From the NCBI GenBank assembly GCA_965216755.1, contig CBDCGL010000011.1, forward strand, positions 256,001 through 320,000: a stretch of 64,000 nt of DNA, written 5' to 3'. The notes beneath the pieces are model-generated. The model was not told the DNA's origin, searched no databases, and saw only the letters and a list, made by a program, of their open reading frames with translations. Positions 42,853 through 52,683 of the stretch are shown here, piece after piece. Made by a program: the position numbers and the translations under genes. The DNA comes from Alphaproteobacteria bacterium (lineage in GTDB: Bacteria; Pseudomonadota; Alphaproteobacteria; UBA7887). Within the stretch, counting starts at the first letter, position 1. The number at the start of each line of letters is the position of its first letter.

Positions 42853-45060
42853 ATGAAATCACGTCATTTTGAAGTTGGGCAAGAGCGGGTCGCGCTATGC
42901 GTGCGATCGCATTTCATGATTGCCGCGCCCGTCCTGGCCGTACTAGCCGTCGCCTTGGCGCTTCTGCTCACGCCTTACGTGGCTGTCGCGGATATGAATG
43001 ATCCGTTGGAGACTCGGCTGACGCCTGACTTGGTTCAGTCTCTGTTCCCAAGTGCTGATGGCCTTGACGTTGTCACCGGCGATCCGCCGGTGGCGCCGGT
43101 CCGCAAGGATGGGGCGATCGTCGGCTATATGTTTTCCACTCATGAAACCGTCCACCCGGTCGGCTATAGCGGTAACTCCTTCGACATCATTGTTGGCCTG
43201 GGAACGGATGGTGTCATTACCGGACATGTGCTGCTGGAGGAGCACGAACCGCTGATCTCCGAAGATATGATTCCGCCGGAGAACATTGTGCGCCTTCTGA
43301 CACGCTTTCACGGCAGCAATATCAGAGATATGCGCCGCGTGACCCCGCAGCCGGCCGATTCGCTTTCCGGCGCGACGATCAGTGCCAAGGCCATGGCGCA
43401 CGCCGTCTCCAATTCGGCTTTGGTGGTTGGTTTCGCCCAGGGCGTGATTGATGATGGTGGCGGTGGTTTGTGGCTCGATCGGCATGCATTTGCCGAACGC
43501 AGCTGGGCCGAACTGGTCGCGGACGGATCGGTCATGGAATGGCGCGTGACCAATCGTGATGTGGCCGCGGCGTTTCAAACCGAACTCGGTCCCGATGCCG
43601 TACCGGAGGTGCCGCTCGGTGTTGGTGATGAAACATTTATGATGGTCTATCTCGGTCTTGCCACGCCGCCGACGGTCGGACGAAATCTGTTTGGTCCGCG
43701 CGCGTATCGCGCCGCCATGGAAACCGCCGAGGCGGGCGAACATCAGCTCTTGGTTGCTTCGACCGGTGCCTATGGTTGGCTGCCGTCAAACCCGTGGCTG
43801 GTGCCGGAGTTTGATCGTGCGCGGATTGTCCAAAAGGATCATGTGATCCCGCTGCTGCCCGAAAACTTCTACCAGGTCAGAAGACTGGCGGTTGGCGAAC
43901 ATCCAGAATTTAACGACGCGGCGCGGTTTCGAATTCCACCCAATCTGTCGCTGAGTCCGTTGGAGCCGATGGATCTTGAGCTGAAGATCTTTGAACAGGC
44001 AACATCCGACGCGGAACCGCGCGCCGTAACGGTCACGATGCCTTATCGTGTGCCGGGCCAATATGTGCTGGGCGATGACGCGGCGCTGGAGAATGCTGGT
44101 TTCAAGACACCGACCTATATCGGCGTCGGATCGTGGCGCGAAAGCACGTTGACCGAATGGCAACGAACGTGGATCGAAAAACAGTGGACGATCCTGGGGC
44201 TTATTGGCCTACTGATTATTGTAACAATGGTAATGTTGCTTCAGCATCGTATCGCGCGCTCTCGAACCGGCCATCGGGTCGTGCGCATATCGATTTTGGT
44301 ATTCACGCTGGTGTGGCTCGGATGGATTGCGGGCGCGCAATTGACCATCCTCACGGTTGTCAGTTATCTAAGCACGGCGATCAATAATCTGGATTGGGCG
44401 TCGGTTCTGTTCGATCCCTTGATGGTGATCTTAATGGTCTATGTTGGGGTCACATTGCTGCTGTGGGGTCGCGGCGTTTTTTGCGGGTGGCTTTGTCCCT
44501 TTGGTGCATTTCAAGAGCTTCTCAATACCATTGCGAAGACTTTGCGGGTGCCACAGATCGCCGTCTCCCAAACGCTGCAACAGCGCCTTTGGGGCGTGAA
44601 GTATGTGGCGGCCGTCATCGTGTTCGGGCTCGCCGCTTTTTCGTTGAGCGCGGCGACCACGGCCGCGGAGGTCGAACCGTTTAAGACGGCGATCACGCTG
44701 ACCTTTCAGCGCAGCGCGCCCTACGTGCTTTACGCGGTTGCATTGTTGGCGATCGGCCTGTTTATCGAGCGTTTCTTTTGCCGATTTCTGTGTCCGCTCG
44801 GGGCCGTATTGGCGGTCGCGGGCCAGTTCCATGTGCTCAATTGGCTGAAACGGCGATTGGAATGCGGCAATCCGTGTCACATCTGTGCCGTATCGTGCCC
44901 GATCGGCGCGGTCGAGGACGATGGCACGATCAATATGCGCGAATGTCTACAGTGCCTGGATTGCCAAGTCGAAGCGTTCGACGATCAGCGTTGTCCGCCA
45001 CTGGTCACCAGGCGCCGGCAGGCCGCGCGGCTTGGCCAGTCGGTGCCGGCGATGGGTTAG
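42853..45060 (+). CDS. NosR/NirI-like FMN-binding, polytopic Fe-S membrane protein
   Basis: GYSG, DSLSGATIS flavinylation motif, GRGVFCGWLCPFGAFQE, FFCRFLCPLGA, ECGNPCHICAVSCP, ECLQCLDC; start uncertain. Confidence 0.88.
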   Translation: MKSRHFEVGQERVALCVRSHFMIAAPVLAVLAVALALLLTPYVAVADMNDPLETRLTPDLVQSLFPSADGLDVVTGDPPVAPVRKDGAIVGYMFSTHETVHPVGYSGNSFDIIVGLGTDGVITGHVLLEEHEPLISEDMIPPENIVRLLTRFHGSNIRDMRRVTPQPADSLSGATISAKAMAHAVSNSALVVGFAQGVIDDGGGGLWLDRHAFAERSWAELVADGSVMEWRVTNRDVAAAFQTELGPDAVPEVPLGVGDETFMMVYLGLATPPTVGRNLFGPRAYRAAMETAEAGEHQLLVASTGAYGWLPSNPWLVPEFDRARIVQKDHVIPLLPENFYQVRRLAVGEHPEFNDAARFRIPPNLSLSPLEPMDLELKIFEQATSDAEPRAVTVTMPYRVPGQYVLGDDAALENAGFKTPTYIGVGSWRESTLTEWQRTWIEKQWTILGLIGLLIIVTMVMLLQHRIARSRTGHRVVRISILVFTLVWLGWIAGAQLTILTVVSYLSTAINNLDWASVLFDPLMVILMVYVGVTLLLWGRGVFCGWLCPFGAFQELLNTIAKTLRVPQIAVSQTLQQRLWGVKYVAAVIVFGLAAFSLSAATTAAEVEPFKTAITLTFQRSAPYVLYAVALLAIGLFIERFFCRFLCPLGAVLAVAGQFHVLNWLKRRLECGNPCHICAVSCPIGAVEDDGTINMRECLQCLDCQVEAFDDQRCPPLVTRRRQAARLGQSVPAMG

Positions 45061-45164
45061 GGAGCTTTGCAACGCGCCGCCGGTACGGGTGATGGAAAAA
45101 GCACGGAGATGAGACGATTGGGGCGCGTTCTTCTGGCGACACGCCCAACTGAGGGGAGCCCAAG

Positions 45165-45845
45165 ATGGCGATATGTTTGATCGTGGGCAGCGACAAGGGT
45201 ATTGGCCGCGCCATTTGCCAGCAACTCCGTGACCGCGGCGAACAGGTTCATGCGGCCTGTCTGAATGATGGCGTCGATTTGACTGACGCGGGGATCAACG
45301 TGATTCCGAGGATCGATGTTACCTCGGACGAAGCCACGTCACGATTGGCCCGTGTCCTGCGAGACGGGGACATCGCGCTTGACTTGGTCATTCACGTGGC
45401 CGGCGTTTTGGGTTTGGACCGGCTCGGCGAAATCGACTTTGATGATGTGCGCCGCCAAATAGAGATCAATACGATTGGTCCGCTGCGCACCGTTCAGGCG
45501 ATACGCGATCGTTTTGCCAATCCCGCGAAGCTCGGGATCATCACCAGTCGCGTCGGCTCTTTGGCCGACAATGGCAGCGGCGGCATGTATGCCTATCGGG
45601 TATCCAAATGTGCGGCAAATATGGTCGGCGTCAACTTGCATCACGATTTGTCACCCCAGGGTGTGGCCGTGCAGTTACTGCATCCGGGCATGGTCGCGAC
45701 CGATCTGACCAAGGATATCGCCGGCGACTTCGAATACATTCAACCGTCTGAAGCCGCAGCCGGCTTGATACGCATCATGGATGAATTGACGCCGGAGACC
45801 GCCGGCCGTTTTCGCCACGCCAACGGCGAATATTTGCCTTGGTGA
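45165..45845 (+). CDS. short-chain dehydrogenase (C-factor/CsgA-like)
   Basis: GSDKGIG, TSRVGS, YAYRVSK, LHPGMVATD. Confidence 0.88.
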   Translation: MAICLIVGSDKGIGRAICQQLRDRGEQVHAACLNDGVDLTDAGINVIPRIDVTSDEATSRLARVLRDGDIALDLVIHVAGVLGLDRLGEIDFDDVRRQIEINTIGPLRTVQAIRDRFANPAKLGIITSRVGSLADNGSGGMYAYRVSKCAANMVGVNLHHDLSPQGVAVQLLHPGMVATDLTKDIAGDFEYIQPSEAAAGLIRIMDELTPETAGRFRHANGEYLPW

Positions 45846-45923
45846 AATACAAGACTTCGGCGTGGTGTGCCGCCTTCACTTCGATATAGATCGTGGCCTC
45901 ATTGATAAGGGGAGGATCTAGAA

Positions 45924-46676
45924 ATGATGAGAGTTTACCGATACGTTCCGGGTTGGACGGTGGCGTGCATCAGCCCTTATGTTTCTAAGCTCGCGAATTA
46001 TTTGCGGATGGTTGATCATCCGTTCGAACTGGTGGACCAGGATCTGGCGTCACTTCAAGACGATGCTCCACGTGGAAAGTTGCCCTACATCATCGAGGAC
46101 GATGGAACCAAAGTCCCCGATTCCAATGAAATCATTGCCTATCATAAGCAAAAATACGGCGACAAACTCGACACCAACTTGAGCCGCGAGGAGAAGGCCG
46201 TCAGTGTCGCGTGGATGCGCCTGATTGACGAGCACCTCTATTGGTCGGGCGTTATTCAACCGCGCTGGCGGATGGACAGTGGTTGGGCGACCTATTGGCC
46301 CATCATTTGCGGGGGTGCGACCGAAATCCCGTTTGAAGTTCGCGAAGCCCTTGACGCATTTCGCGCCCACATCCGGGACGAATTCGTGCATCAGGGCATG
46401 GGGCTCAAATCCGACGCCGAGGTGCTGGATACATTTAAGGTAGATGTGGACGCCATGGAGGACTTCTTGAGCAGCAAGAGCTTCTTCATGGGGGCCCAGC
46501 CGACGTCCATCGATGCGGCTGTCTTTGCGATTTTGACCCACACGATCGAAAGTCCGTTTGATTGGCCGGGGCGTGACTATATCCGCGGCAAGTCATCGTT
46601 CATCGACTATATGGGGCGGATGCGTGAACGTTTTGATCTGGATTTCGGTATCGCGCCGGGCGCGGAAGCGGCTTAG
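45924..46676 (+). CDS. glutathione S-transferase-like (metaxin/FAX type) protein
   Basis: ISPYVSKLANYLRM, PRGKLPYI, DSNEII, FFMG.QPTSIDAAVF. Confidence 0.82.
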   Translation: MMRVYRYVPGWTVACISPYVSKLANYLRMVDHPFELVDQDLASLQDDAPRGKLPYIIEDDGTKVPDSNEIIAYHKQKYGDKLDTNLSREEKAVSVAWMRLIDEHLYWSGVIQPRWRMDSGWATYWPIICGGATEIPFEVREALDAFRAHIRDEFVHQGMGLKSDAEVLDTFKVDVDAMEDFLSSKSFFMGAQPTSIDAAVFAILTHTIESPFDWPGRDYIRGKSSFIDYMGRMRERFDLDFGIAPGAEAA

Positions 46677-46756
46677 CCTTCGCAATAGCGACTCTATCGA
46701 CGCATCTTCGCGTGGTACGCTCTTTCTTGAAGGGGCGCCTATCCGCGTGAGGTGGG

Positions 46757-49700
46757 ATGTCGATGGCGGATGTTCGCACATGGCTTGAGGAGCTGGGGCT
46801 CGGCGAGTACGCGGATGCGTTCGCGGCTGAGCGGATCACATTTGACGATCTGGCAAAGCTCGACGTCGACGATTTGAAAGAATTGGGCCTGCCCATCGGT
46901 CCGCGAAAACGCGTCCTGGCGGCGATTGACGCATTGGCATCGGCGGATGCGTCGGGCGCGTCATCGTCCGCGCCTCTTCGGGCCGAGCGACGCCAGATCA
47001 CGGTCATGTTCTGCGACCTGGTCGGCTCGACGGCGCTCTCGGAACAACTCGATCCCGAAGACCTGCGCGAGCTCATGCAGGCCTATCAAGAGGCCTGCGG
47101 GGCGGTGATCGAACGCTATGGCGGCCATGTCGCGCAATATTTGGGCGACGGTCTGATGACCTATTTCGGCTGGCCACGAGCCCACGAAGACGATGCCGAG
47201 CGGGCGATCCGCGCCGGGCTGGATATTGTCGGGGCAGTCAAAAAGGTCAAAGCGCCCGACTCGCTGCCCGGCCCGCTGCCCGATCCGCTGCAAGTCCGTG
47301 TCGGCATCGCCACGGGCCCGGTGGTGGTGGGCGAGACCGGCGGCGGCGATGCGTCGGTGCCCAAACTGGCTGTGGGCGAAACACCAAATCTGGCGGCGCG
47401 GGTACAAGGTCTCGCCGCGGCCGACCAGATTGTCATCGGTTCGACCACGCGGCGTTTAGTCGGCGATACGTTTGATCTCGACGATCTCGGCGCGCACAGC
47501 CTGAAAGGCATCGTCGAACCGGTGCAGACTTGGCGAGTGACTGGCGTTGCACAAACCGAAGGGCGTTTTGAAGCGCGCGGCGGCCACCTAACGCCGTTCG
47601 TCGGTCGCGATGCCGAAATCGCCATGATCGTAGAGCGTTGGGACCAAGCCAATGCGGGCGAAGGACAAGCCGTTTTTCTGTCCGGCGAGCCTGGTATCGG
47701 CAAGAGCCGCATCACCCAAGTGCTGCGTGAGCGTGTCGCCGACGAACCACATATTCGGCTGCGCTACCAATGCTCACCCTACTATACAAATTCGGCCTTG
47801 TATCCGGTGATCGAGCAATTGGAACGCGCCGCCGGGTTCGCCCGCGATGACAGTGCTGCCGCAAAGCTAGACAAACTGGAGCGCTTGTTGCGGCAGTCTA
47901 CCAGTGACGTCACGGCGACGGCGGCGCTGTTTGCGCCTCTTCTCAATGTTGACTCCGGCGACCGCTACCCGGCCCTCAATGTCAGCCCGCAGAAGCAAAA
48001 AGAGATGACCCTTCAGGCCCTCGCCGACCAAGTGATAGGCCTGGCGGCGAAACAACCGGTGCTGATGATCTTCGAAGACGCCCATTGGATTGACCCAACG
48101 ACGCATGAAACTTTGGATCTGATCGTACCGGCGATCGCCGGTCATCGCGTGTTGGTGGTGATCACCTATCGGCCCGAGTACGAGCCGCCGTGGGCGGGGC
48201 TTGCCCATGCGACACCTCTGACCCTGACCCGCCTGGGTAAGGCCAATGCGGCGGCGATGGTGGAGCGCGTGACCGGCGGCAAGCTGCTGCCGGATGATGT
48301 GCTGGATCAAATCGTCGCCAAGACCGACGGTGTACCGCTGTTTGTTGAAGAGTTGACCAAGACAGTGCTGGAAAGCGGCGCCGAGACAGCGCATACGATT
48401 CCGTCGACACTCCAAGACTCGTTGATGGCGCGCCTCGATCGGCTGTCGCCGGTCAAGGAAACGGCGCAAATCGGCGCCTGCATCGGCCGCGAGTTTTCAC
48501 ACGAACTCCTCGCTGCCGTCTCACCGCTCGGAGAGAATGAACTCAACGACGCGTTGCAGCAATTGATAAACAGCGAGCTAATTTATCGTTCTGGTTCAAG
48601 CTATGCTTTCAAACATGCATTAATTCAGGATGTCGCATACGTCAGCTTGCTCAAAATCCGTCGGCAGGATTTACACGGACAGATCGCATCGGTGTTGCGT
48701 ACCAGATTGGCGGAAACGGTGGCGTCTCGACCCGAGGTGCTCGCGCATCATTTGACCGAAGCGGGCGACGCAGAGAATGCCGTTGATTATTGGCATCGAG
48801 CGGGCAAATTGGCGTTTGTCGCGTCTGCGTTCGCCGAAGCTGACGCGCATTTGCGCCGCGGTCTGGAACTGATCCCGGAGGTTGGCGATGAACAACTGCG
48901 CGGACAGTTCGAACTCGGGATTAGGACGATTTTAGGCCTAACTTCACTCAACATGTACGGTTACGGCGCCGATGGCGTACTTGCATCATTTCGACGTGCG
49001 GAGGAACTGATCGGCCATGCCGAGAATGCCTCTGATTTGGTGCCAATCTTGTCCTCGCTCGGCGCCTACTATTGGGCGCGTGCGGACCTAAGAAAAACTG
49101 TCAAATACTATTCTAATCTAGTTTCGGAGGCCGAGAAATCAGCCGACCGGGATCTTCTGGTGCTCGGCCGCACCTGGCTAGGCAGCATTAAATTTCACGT
49201 TGGCGAAGGCGCGGAGGGACGTGCGTTGTTGGAAGCGGCGCTGGACGTTTACGACGTGGCTCGCCACGGTGATCTGTCGATCGCGCTGAGTGCCCACGAT
49301 GCTGGAATCATGGCATCGGCCTGGATTGCATTCACCGATATTTGGTTGGGTTTTCCACTTAAGGCGCGGCGTCAGATCGATAAAACCGCAGCAATGTCAC
49401 GGGAGATCAAGCATCCGGTGTCAGCGGCGGTCGGCCTTTCGATGTCGGCTTACGGCGCGGCGCATTTGAGAGACGGCCAAAGGGCCGCTGATCTTGCGAG
49501 TGAATGCATCGTCATTTGCGAGGATCAGAATATCCCCTACTGGATGGGGTGGGCCAAGGTGGCGCGGGGTGCGGCGCGCAACGAACTCGGTGATTATGTC
49601 GGTGCGTTGGAGGATTTGGCATGGGCAAAGGATCTGATGGACAGCAATGGCTCGTTCCAAACCAACGGTTGGATTAACCTGCACCGAGCCGAGATCGAAC

Positions 49701-50086
49701 TCAATCGCAGGCGCTTAGATGAGGCCGAAGATGCGGTGTGGCAAGTGCGTCAACATGTGGCATCCTCCGGCGAAGTCGTAATGTCGCCGCTTGGTGAGCG
49801 CCTCGCCGCCGAAGTCGAGCTTGCCCGAGACGGGATCGGCACCAGTCGCGCGGAGTCTTGGCTTATTGAAGCTCTTCGTGTTTCTCGCGAGCAGAAATAT
49901 CGACTAAACGAACTCAGACTCGCCAATTCTATTGCGCGCCTTTGGCAGTCCCAAGGTAAACATCAGCAGGCGCACGACCTTTTGGCGCCGATTTATGGCT
50001 GGTTCACTGAGGGCTTTGACACAAAGGATCTTCTGGAAGCCAGGGCGCTGTTGGATGAATTGGAAGCGCACTATAGGCAACGGTGA
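46757..50086 (+). CDS. SAM + class III nucleotide cyclase + AAA/STAND ATPase + TPR protein
   Basis: N-terminal SAM, FCDLVGST, LGDG, Walker A GEPGIGKS, Walker B FEDAHW, C-terminal YGWFTEGFDT.DL. Confidence 0.9.
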   Translation: MSMADVRTWLEELGLGEYADAFAAERITFDDLAKLDVDDLKELGLPIGPRKRVLAAIDALASADASGASSSAPLRAERRQITVMFCDLVGSTALSEQLDPEDLRELMQAYQEACGAVIERYGGHVAQYLGDGLMTYFGWPRAHEDDAERAIRAGLDIVGAVKKVKAPDSLPGPLPDPLQVRVGIATGPVVVGETGGGDASVPKLAVGETPNLAARVQGLAAADQIVIGSTTRRLVGDTFDLDDLGAHSLKGIVEPVQTWRVTGVAQTEGRFEARGGHLTPFVGRDAEIAMIVERWDQANAGEGQAVFLSGEPGIGKSRITQVLRERVADEPHIRLRYQCSPYYTNSALYPVIEQLERAAGFARDDSAAAKLDKLERLLRQSTSDVTATAALFAPLLNVDSGDRYPALNVSPQKQKEMTLQALADQVIGLAAKQPVLMIFEDAHWIDPTTHETLDLIVPAIAGHRVLVVITYRPEYEPPWAGLAHATPLTLTRLGKANAAAMVERVTGGKLLPDDVLDQIVAKTDGVPLFVEELTKTVLESGAETAHTIPSTLQDSLMARLDRLSPVKETAQIGACIGREFSHELLAAVSPLGENELNDALQQLINSELIYRSGSSYAFKHALIQDVAYVSLLKIRRQDLHGQIASVLRTRLAETVASRPEVLAHHLTEAGDAENAVDYWHRAGKLAFVASAFAEADAHLRRGLELIPEVGDEQLRGQFELGIRTILGLTSLNMYGYGADGVLASFRRAEELIGHAENASDLVPILSSLGAYYWARADLRKTVKYYSNLVSEAEKSADRDLLVLGRTWLGSIKFHVGEGAEGRALLEAALDVYDVARHGDLSIALSAHDAGIMASAWIAFTDIWLGFPLKARRQIDKTAAMSREIKHPVSAAVGLSMSAYGAAHLRDGQRAADLASECIVICEDQNIPYWMGWAKVARGAARNELGDYVGALEDLAWAKDLMDSNGSFQTNGWINLHRAEIELNRRRLDEAEDAVWQVRQHVASSGEVVMSPLGERLAAEVELARDGIGTSRAESWLIEALRVSREQKYRLNELRLANSIARLWQSQGKHQQAHDLLAPIYGWFTEGFDTKDLLEARALLDELEAHYRQR

Positions 50087-50112
50087 ACGCGCCAGTACCA
50101 CAAACAAGTCTG

Positions 50113-50336
50113 GTCATGGCCGGGCTTGACCCGGCCATAAGTAAGCACAACCCCCAGCGATGCGTGCGCCCCCAGGCCGTTGGTGTTTACTTGCCCACGG
50201 GTCAAGCCCGTGGGCGACGGGTGAGCTAAATGCGTTCTCGCCACAACAAAGCTGCTCATGACCGGACTTCTATCCGGCCACAAGTAACACTGCCGCGCGC
50301 AAGGCATGCTGCGCCGCGGATCAAGCCTCCGGGTGA
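50113..50336. repeat. REP/RIME-like palindromes (two units)
   Basis: GTCATGGCCGGGCTTGACCCGGCCAT and CCCACGGGTCAAGCCCGTGGG; degenerate second unit at 50257-50336. Confidence 0.65.
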
Positions 50337-50564
50337 ACATTGTGACGTGTTGGCCAAAAAAATTAGTTGACAGACAACACAACTTGAGGTGGAGTGTATA
50401 GCAAGCTTGGGGAAATGGCGCCGAGCGAATATTTTCGAGAGCAATAATAAGCCCATAAGACAAACAGTCGGCGACTGTGACCGTTCCCATATTGGCGTGG
50501 CGGGGGTCGTGGTTATCGTTTTGGTCGCGTAATTTTTGACCCATGCTTGCATAAAAAAGTGAAC

Positions 50565-50960
50565 TCACCAATAGTCGAGCATCATATGAGGGATGCTATA
50601 AAACATACATCGAAAAAGACTCGGCTCGCATTTCAACAAATGTGGGAGAACAGCCGGTAATTCGGCACATACATAGATCACCAAAAATACGATGTTGACG
50701 CTGGGGAACATGATCGCGCCAAAATTCAGGACAATCGTCACTACAAATGCCTTTTTCGCGGTGGTTGTCTGCAAAATCATGAGCATGTTGGCCAAAAATA
50801 TTAAGGCCGCCAATACAAAAGTAAACTGAATATACAGGGTGCGACTGGACGGTTCAAATACCTCTACAAACACGCCCAGCAATATGTACGCAAATTTCGG
50901 CAAGACATAGTTGATCATCATCCATGCGGCGGAATCCTGGTTTATTAATAGTCGCACCAC
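50565..50960 (-). CDS. hydrophobic hypothetical protein, paralogue 1 (candidate immunity protein)
   Basis: Aligns end to end with 51851-52249; extended -10 upstream. Confidence 0.65.
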   Translation of the reverse strand: MVRLLINQDSAAWMMINYVLPKFAYILLGVFVEVFEPSSRTLYIQFTFVLAALIFLANMLMILQTTTAKKAFVVTIVLNFGAIMFPSVNIVFLVIYVCAELPAVLPHLLKCEPSLFRCMFYSIPHMMLDYW

Positions 50961-50996
50961 TTATTCTTTCGAGTACGAGTAGATAGTGTAGTGAAT

Positions 50997-51005
50997 ATCA
51001 TACCA
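50997..51005 (-). promoter_or_regulatory. extended -10 element TGgTATGAT
   Basis: About 37 nt upstream of paralogue 1; mirrored at paralogue 2. Confidence 0.45.
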
Positions 51006-51241
51006 CAATGTATCCCGATGCCATATTCGCAATTTCGAGTGAACATCCAAGTTGGTCTTGACCACTCAGCGACATCTACCACCAAACAATGCGACGGCAG
51101 CATATGGCATCATCAATCATGATAATCAAGTAATAGTCCAATAAACAACCCGTTAAGCAATACCGAAGAACGTCGCACGTCTTCGATGGACGTGCAATTC
51201 ACGCTCTGTGCAGTAATTAAGTAAGCAAGGGAAAGTTCACA

Positions 51242-51694
51242 GTGAGTCTGGATAGTCGTGAGATCCAACGTGCGATAGAAGAAGCACTTGAGGAGCAGAA
51301 TAGACGCTTCAGTGGGTTAGATGAAATTCCTGCGGTCCATGAGCCAGGGATTAGATTTGGTGGACGCGGTTCACTTTTGCGTGTCAATAGTTTCGACGCC
51401 TACGTAGGACTAGGGTTTTGGGGGCCTTGGGTCGCCATATGGTCGCAGGTTGGAGTAATTGGACCGGACCGTGATCGAAGTCGGTACACGATTGATGTCT
51501 CGTACAGATCCGTGAGTGGCGGACGATCAAGTTTTGACGTTGAGATTAAGGGCGGCGACGAGTTTGTTAGATCGGTTGCGAATGGGTCCGGTTCTGAACG
51601 TGTGACGATTTCCGGTAACGTTGCGACGACGGTGTCGATTCGATTCAGAAGCCATAGCTTTGGGCAAGACATTCGAGTGAAAGTGATTGGCTGA
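51242..51694 (+). CDS. hypothetical protein resembling the colicin Z C-terminal domain
   Basis: WGPWV, SSFDVEI, GNVATT..IRFRSHSFGQDIRV motifs recalled from that family; not verified by search. Confidence 0.55.
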   Translation: MSLDSREIQRAIEEALEEQNRRFSGLDEIPAVHEPGIRFGGRGSLLRVNSFDAYVGLGFWGPWVAIWSQVGVIGPDRDRSRYTIDVSYRSVSGGRSSFDVEIKGGDEFVRSVANGSGSERVTISGNVATTVSIRFRSHSFGQDIRVKVIG

Positions 51695-51850
51695 TAGCGG
51701 ATACCGAAGCATCGGGTTAAGCATGCGTATGGTGATGCATGGCCGTGCTGGATTGACGATGGTCGGCTTTGGGCGCGATGTGGCGGACCAAGGCAGGACG
51801 AAAATGATTATGGTCAACAGTGAAAGCGTCGGAATGCGGTCGCAGGTGCG

Positions 51851-52249
51851 TCAATAATCGAACATGAAGAAAAAGGGTAAGCTCGGAAATAAGCAATTGA
51901 AAGGGTGATATGGACATATCGACAAATGTTCGATGCTCATTGGCAAAGTCAGCATCATATGAATTGTCATAAATACAATATTTACGTGTAAGAAAAAATT
52001 GGCGGCAAAATTGAGCCATATTGTTACTATGAAAGCCTTTCTAGCGGCCTCGGTTTGCAGGAGGACAACCATATTCAAGAAAAAGATCACGGCCGCCTCG
52101 AAGAAAGTAAATTGTGTCGACAAGCCCGGTGCGACAATCTCAAAGGCCCGCATAACTGTCGAAAATGCCGTCGAGGACAGTTCCGGCAAGACGAAATTGA
52201 TCATCATCCATGCGGCAGAGTCTCTGTTGGACAGCATGAGTATAGGCAA
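51851..52249 (-). CDS. hydrophobic hypothetical protein, paralogue 2 (candidate immunity protein)
   Basis: Shares DSAAWMMIN.VLP, QFTF, KAF.VTI.LNF, VNIVF and two C-terminal Cys with paralogue 1. Confidence 0.65.
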   Translation of the reverse strand: MPILMLSNRDSAAWMMINFVLPELSSTAFSTVMRAFEIVAPGLSTQFTFFEAAVIFFLNMVVLLQTEAARKAFIVTIWLNFAANFFLHVNIVFMTIHMMLTLPMSIEHLSICPYHPFNCLFPSLPFFFMFDY

Positions 52250-52288
52250 TCCATTAGTGAACCAATAAGATATAGGTGAAGTGTAAGC

Positions 52289-52297
52289 ATTGTACCA
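52289..52297 (-). promoter_or_regulatory. extended -10 element TGgTACAAT
   Basis: About 40 nt upstream of paralogue 2. Confidence 0.45.
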
Positions 52298-52502
52298 TAG
52301 GTTGTTTCGGCAAGTGATCGGTCGTTTCAGGGCACAATGCGCAGTTTGGGCTACGTGTGAGGGTGGCGGAACGAGTTGTTGGGGGTTACGCGGTTAACCA
52401 CGGTCGAAGCAACAGCGCATTGATACAGGTGCAGGGGGGGGCGGGAAGGTTGGCATTGCGCGGCCGCCGTGGCGGTCGGACAGTGGTGGCACCGATGGCC
52501 AA

Positions 52503-52538
52503 TAAAAAGGGGCCGCGTGGCGGTTCACGCAGCCCCTT
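52503..52538 (-). terminator. terminator downstream of tRNA-Asn
   Basis: AAGGGGCTGCGTG..CACGCGGCCCC followed by TTTT on the minus strand. Confidence 0.7.
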
Positions 52539-52546
52539 GATGAAAC

Positions 52547-52622
52547 TGGCTCCCCGGGCCGGACTCGAACCAGCGACAAGTCGGTTAACAGCCGACTGCT
52601 CTACCAACTGAGCTACCGGGGA
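52547..52622 (-). tRNA. tRNA-Asn (GTT)
   Basis: TCCCCGGTAGCTCAGTTGGTAGAGCAGTCGGCT-GTT-AACCGACTTGTCGCTGGTTCGAGTCCGGCCCGGGGAGCCA, 76 nt with CCA. Confidence 0.97.
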
Positions 52623-52683
52623 TCAGAGATCAATCTAGCGTAGTCCTGCCTCCAAATCCAGTATGCTGTGCGGCATTTCGGTG

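Noticed and set aside
50090-52547. Integrative element with att duplication at tRNA-Asn
   Set aside because: No integrase and no duplicated tRNA 3' end found by eye; reported only as an AT-rich islet.
52357-52611. ORFs overlapping the tRNA
   Set aside because: Shadow translations of tRNA-Asn and its terminator.
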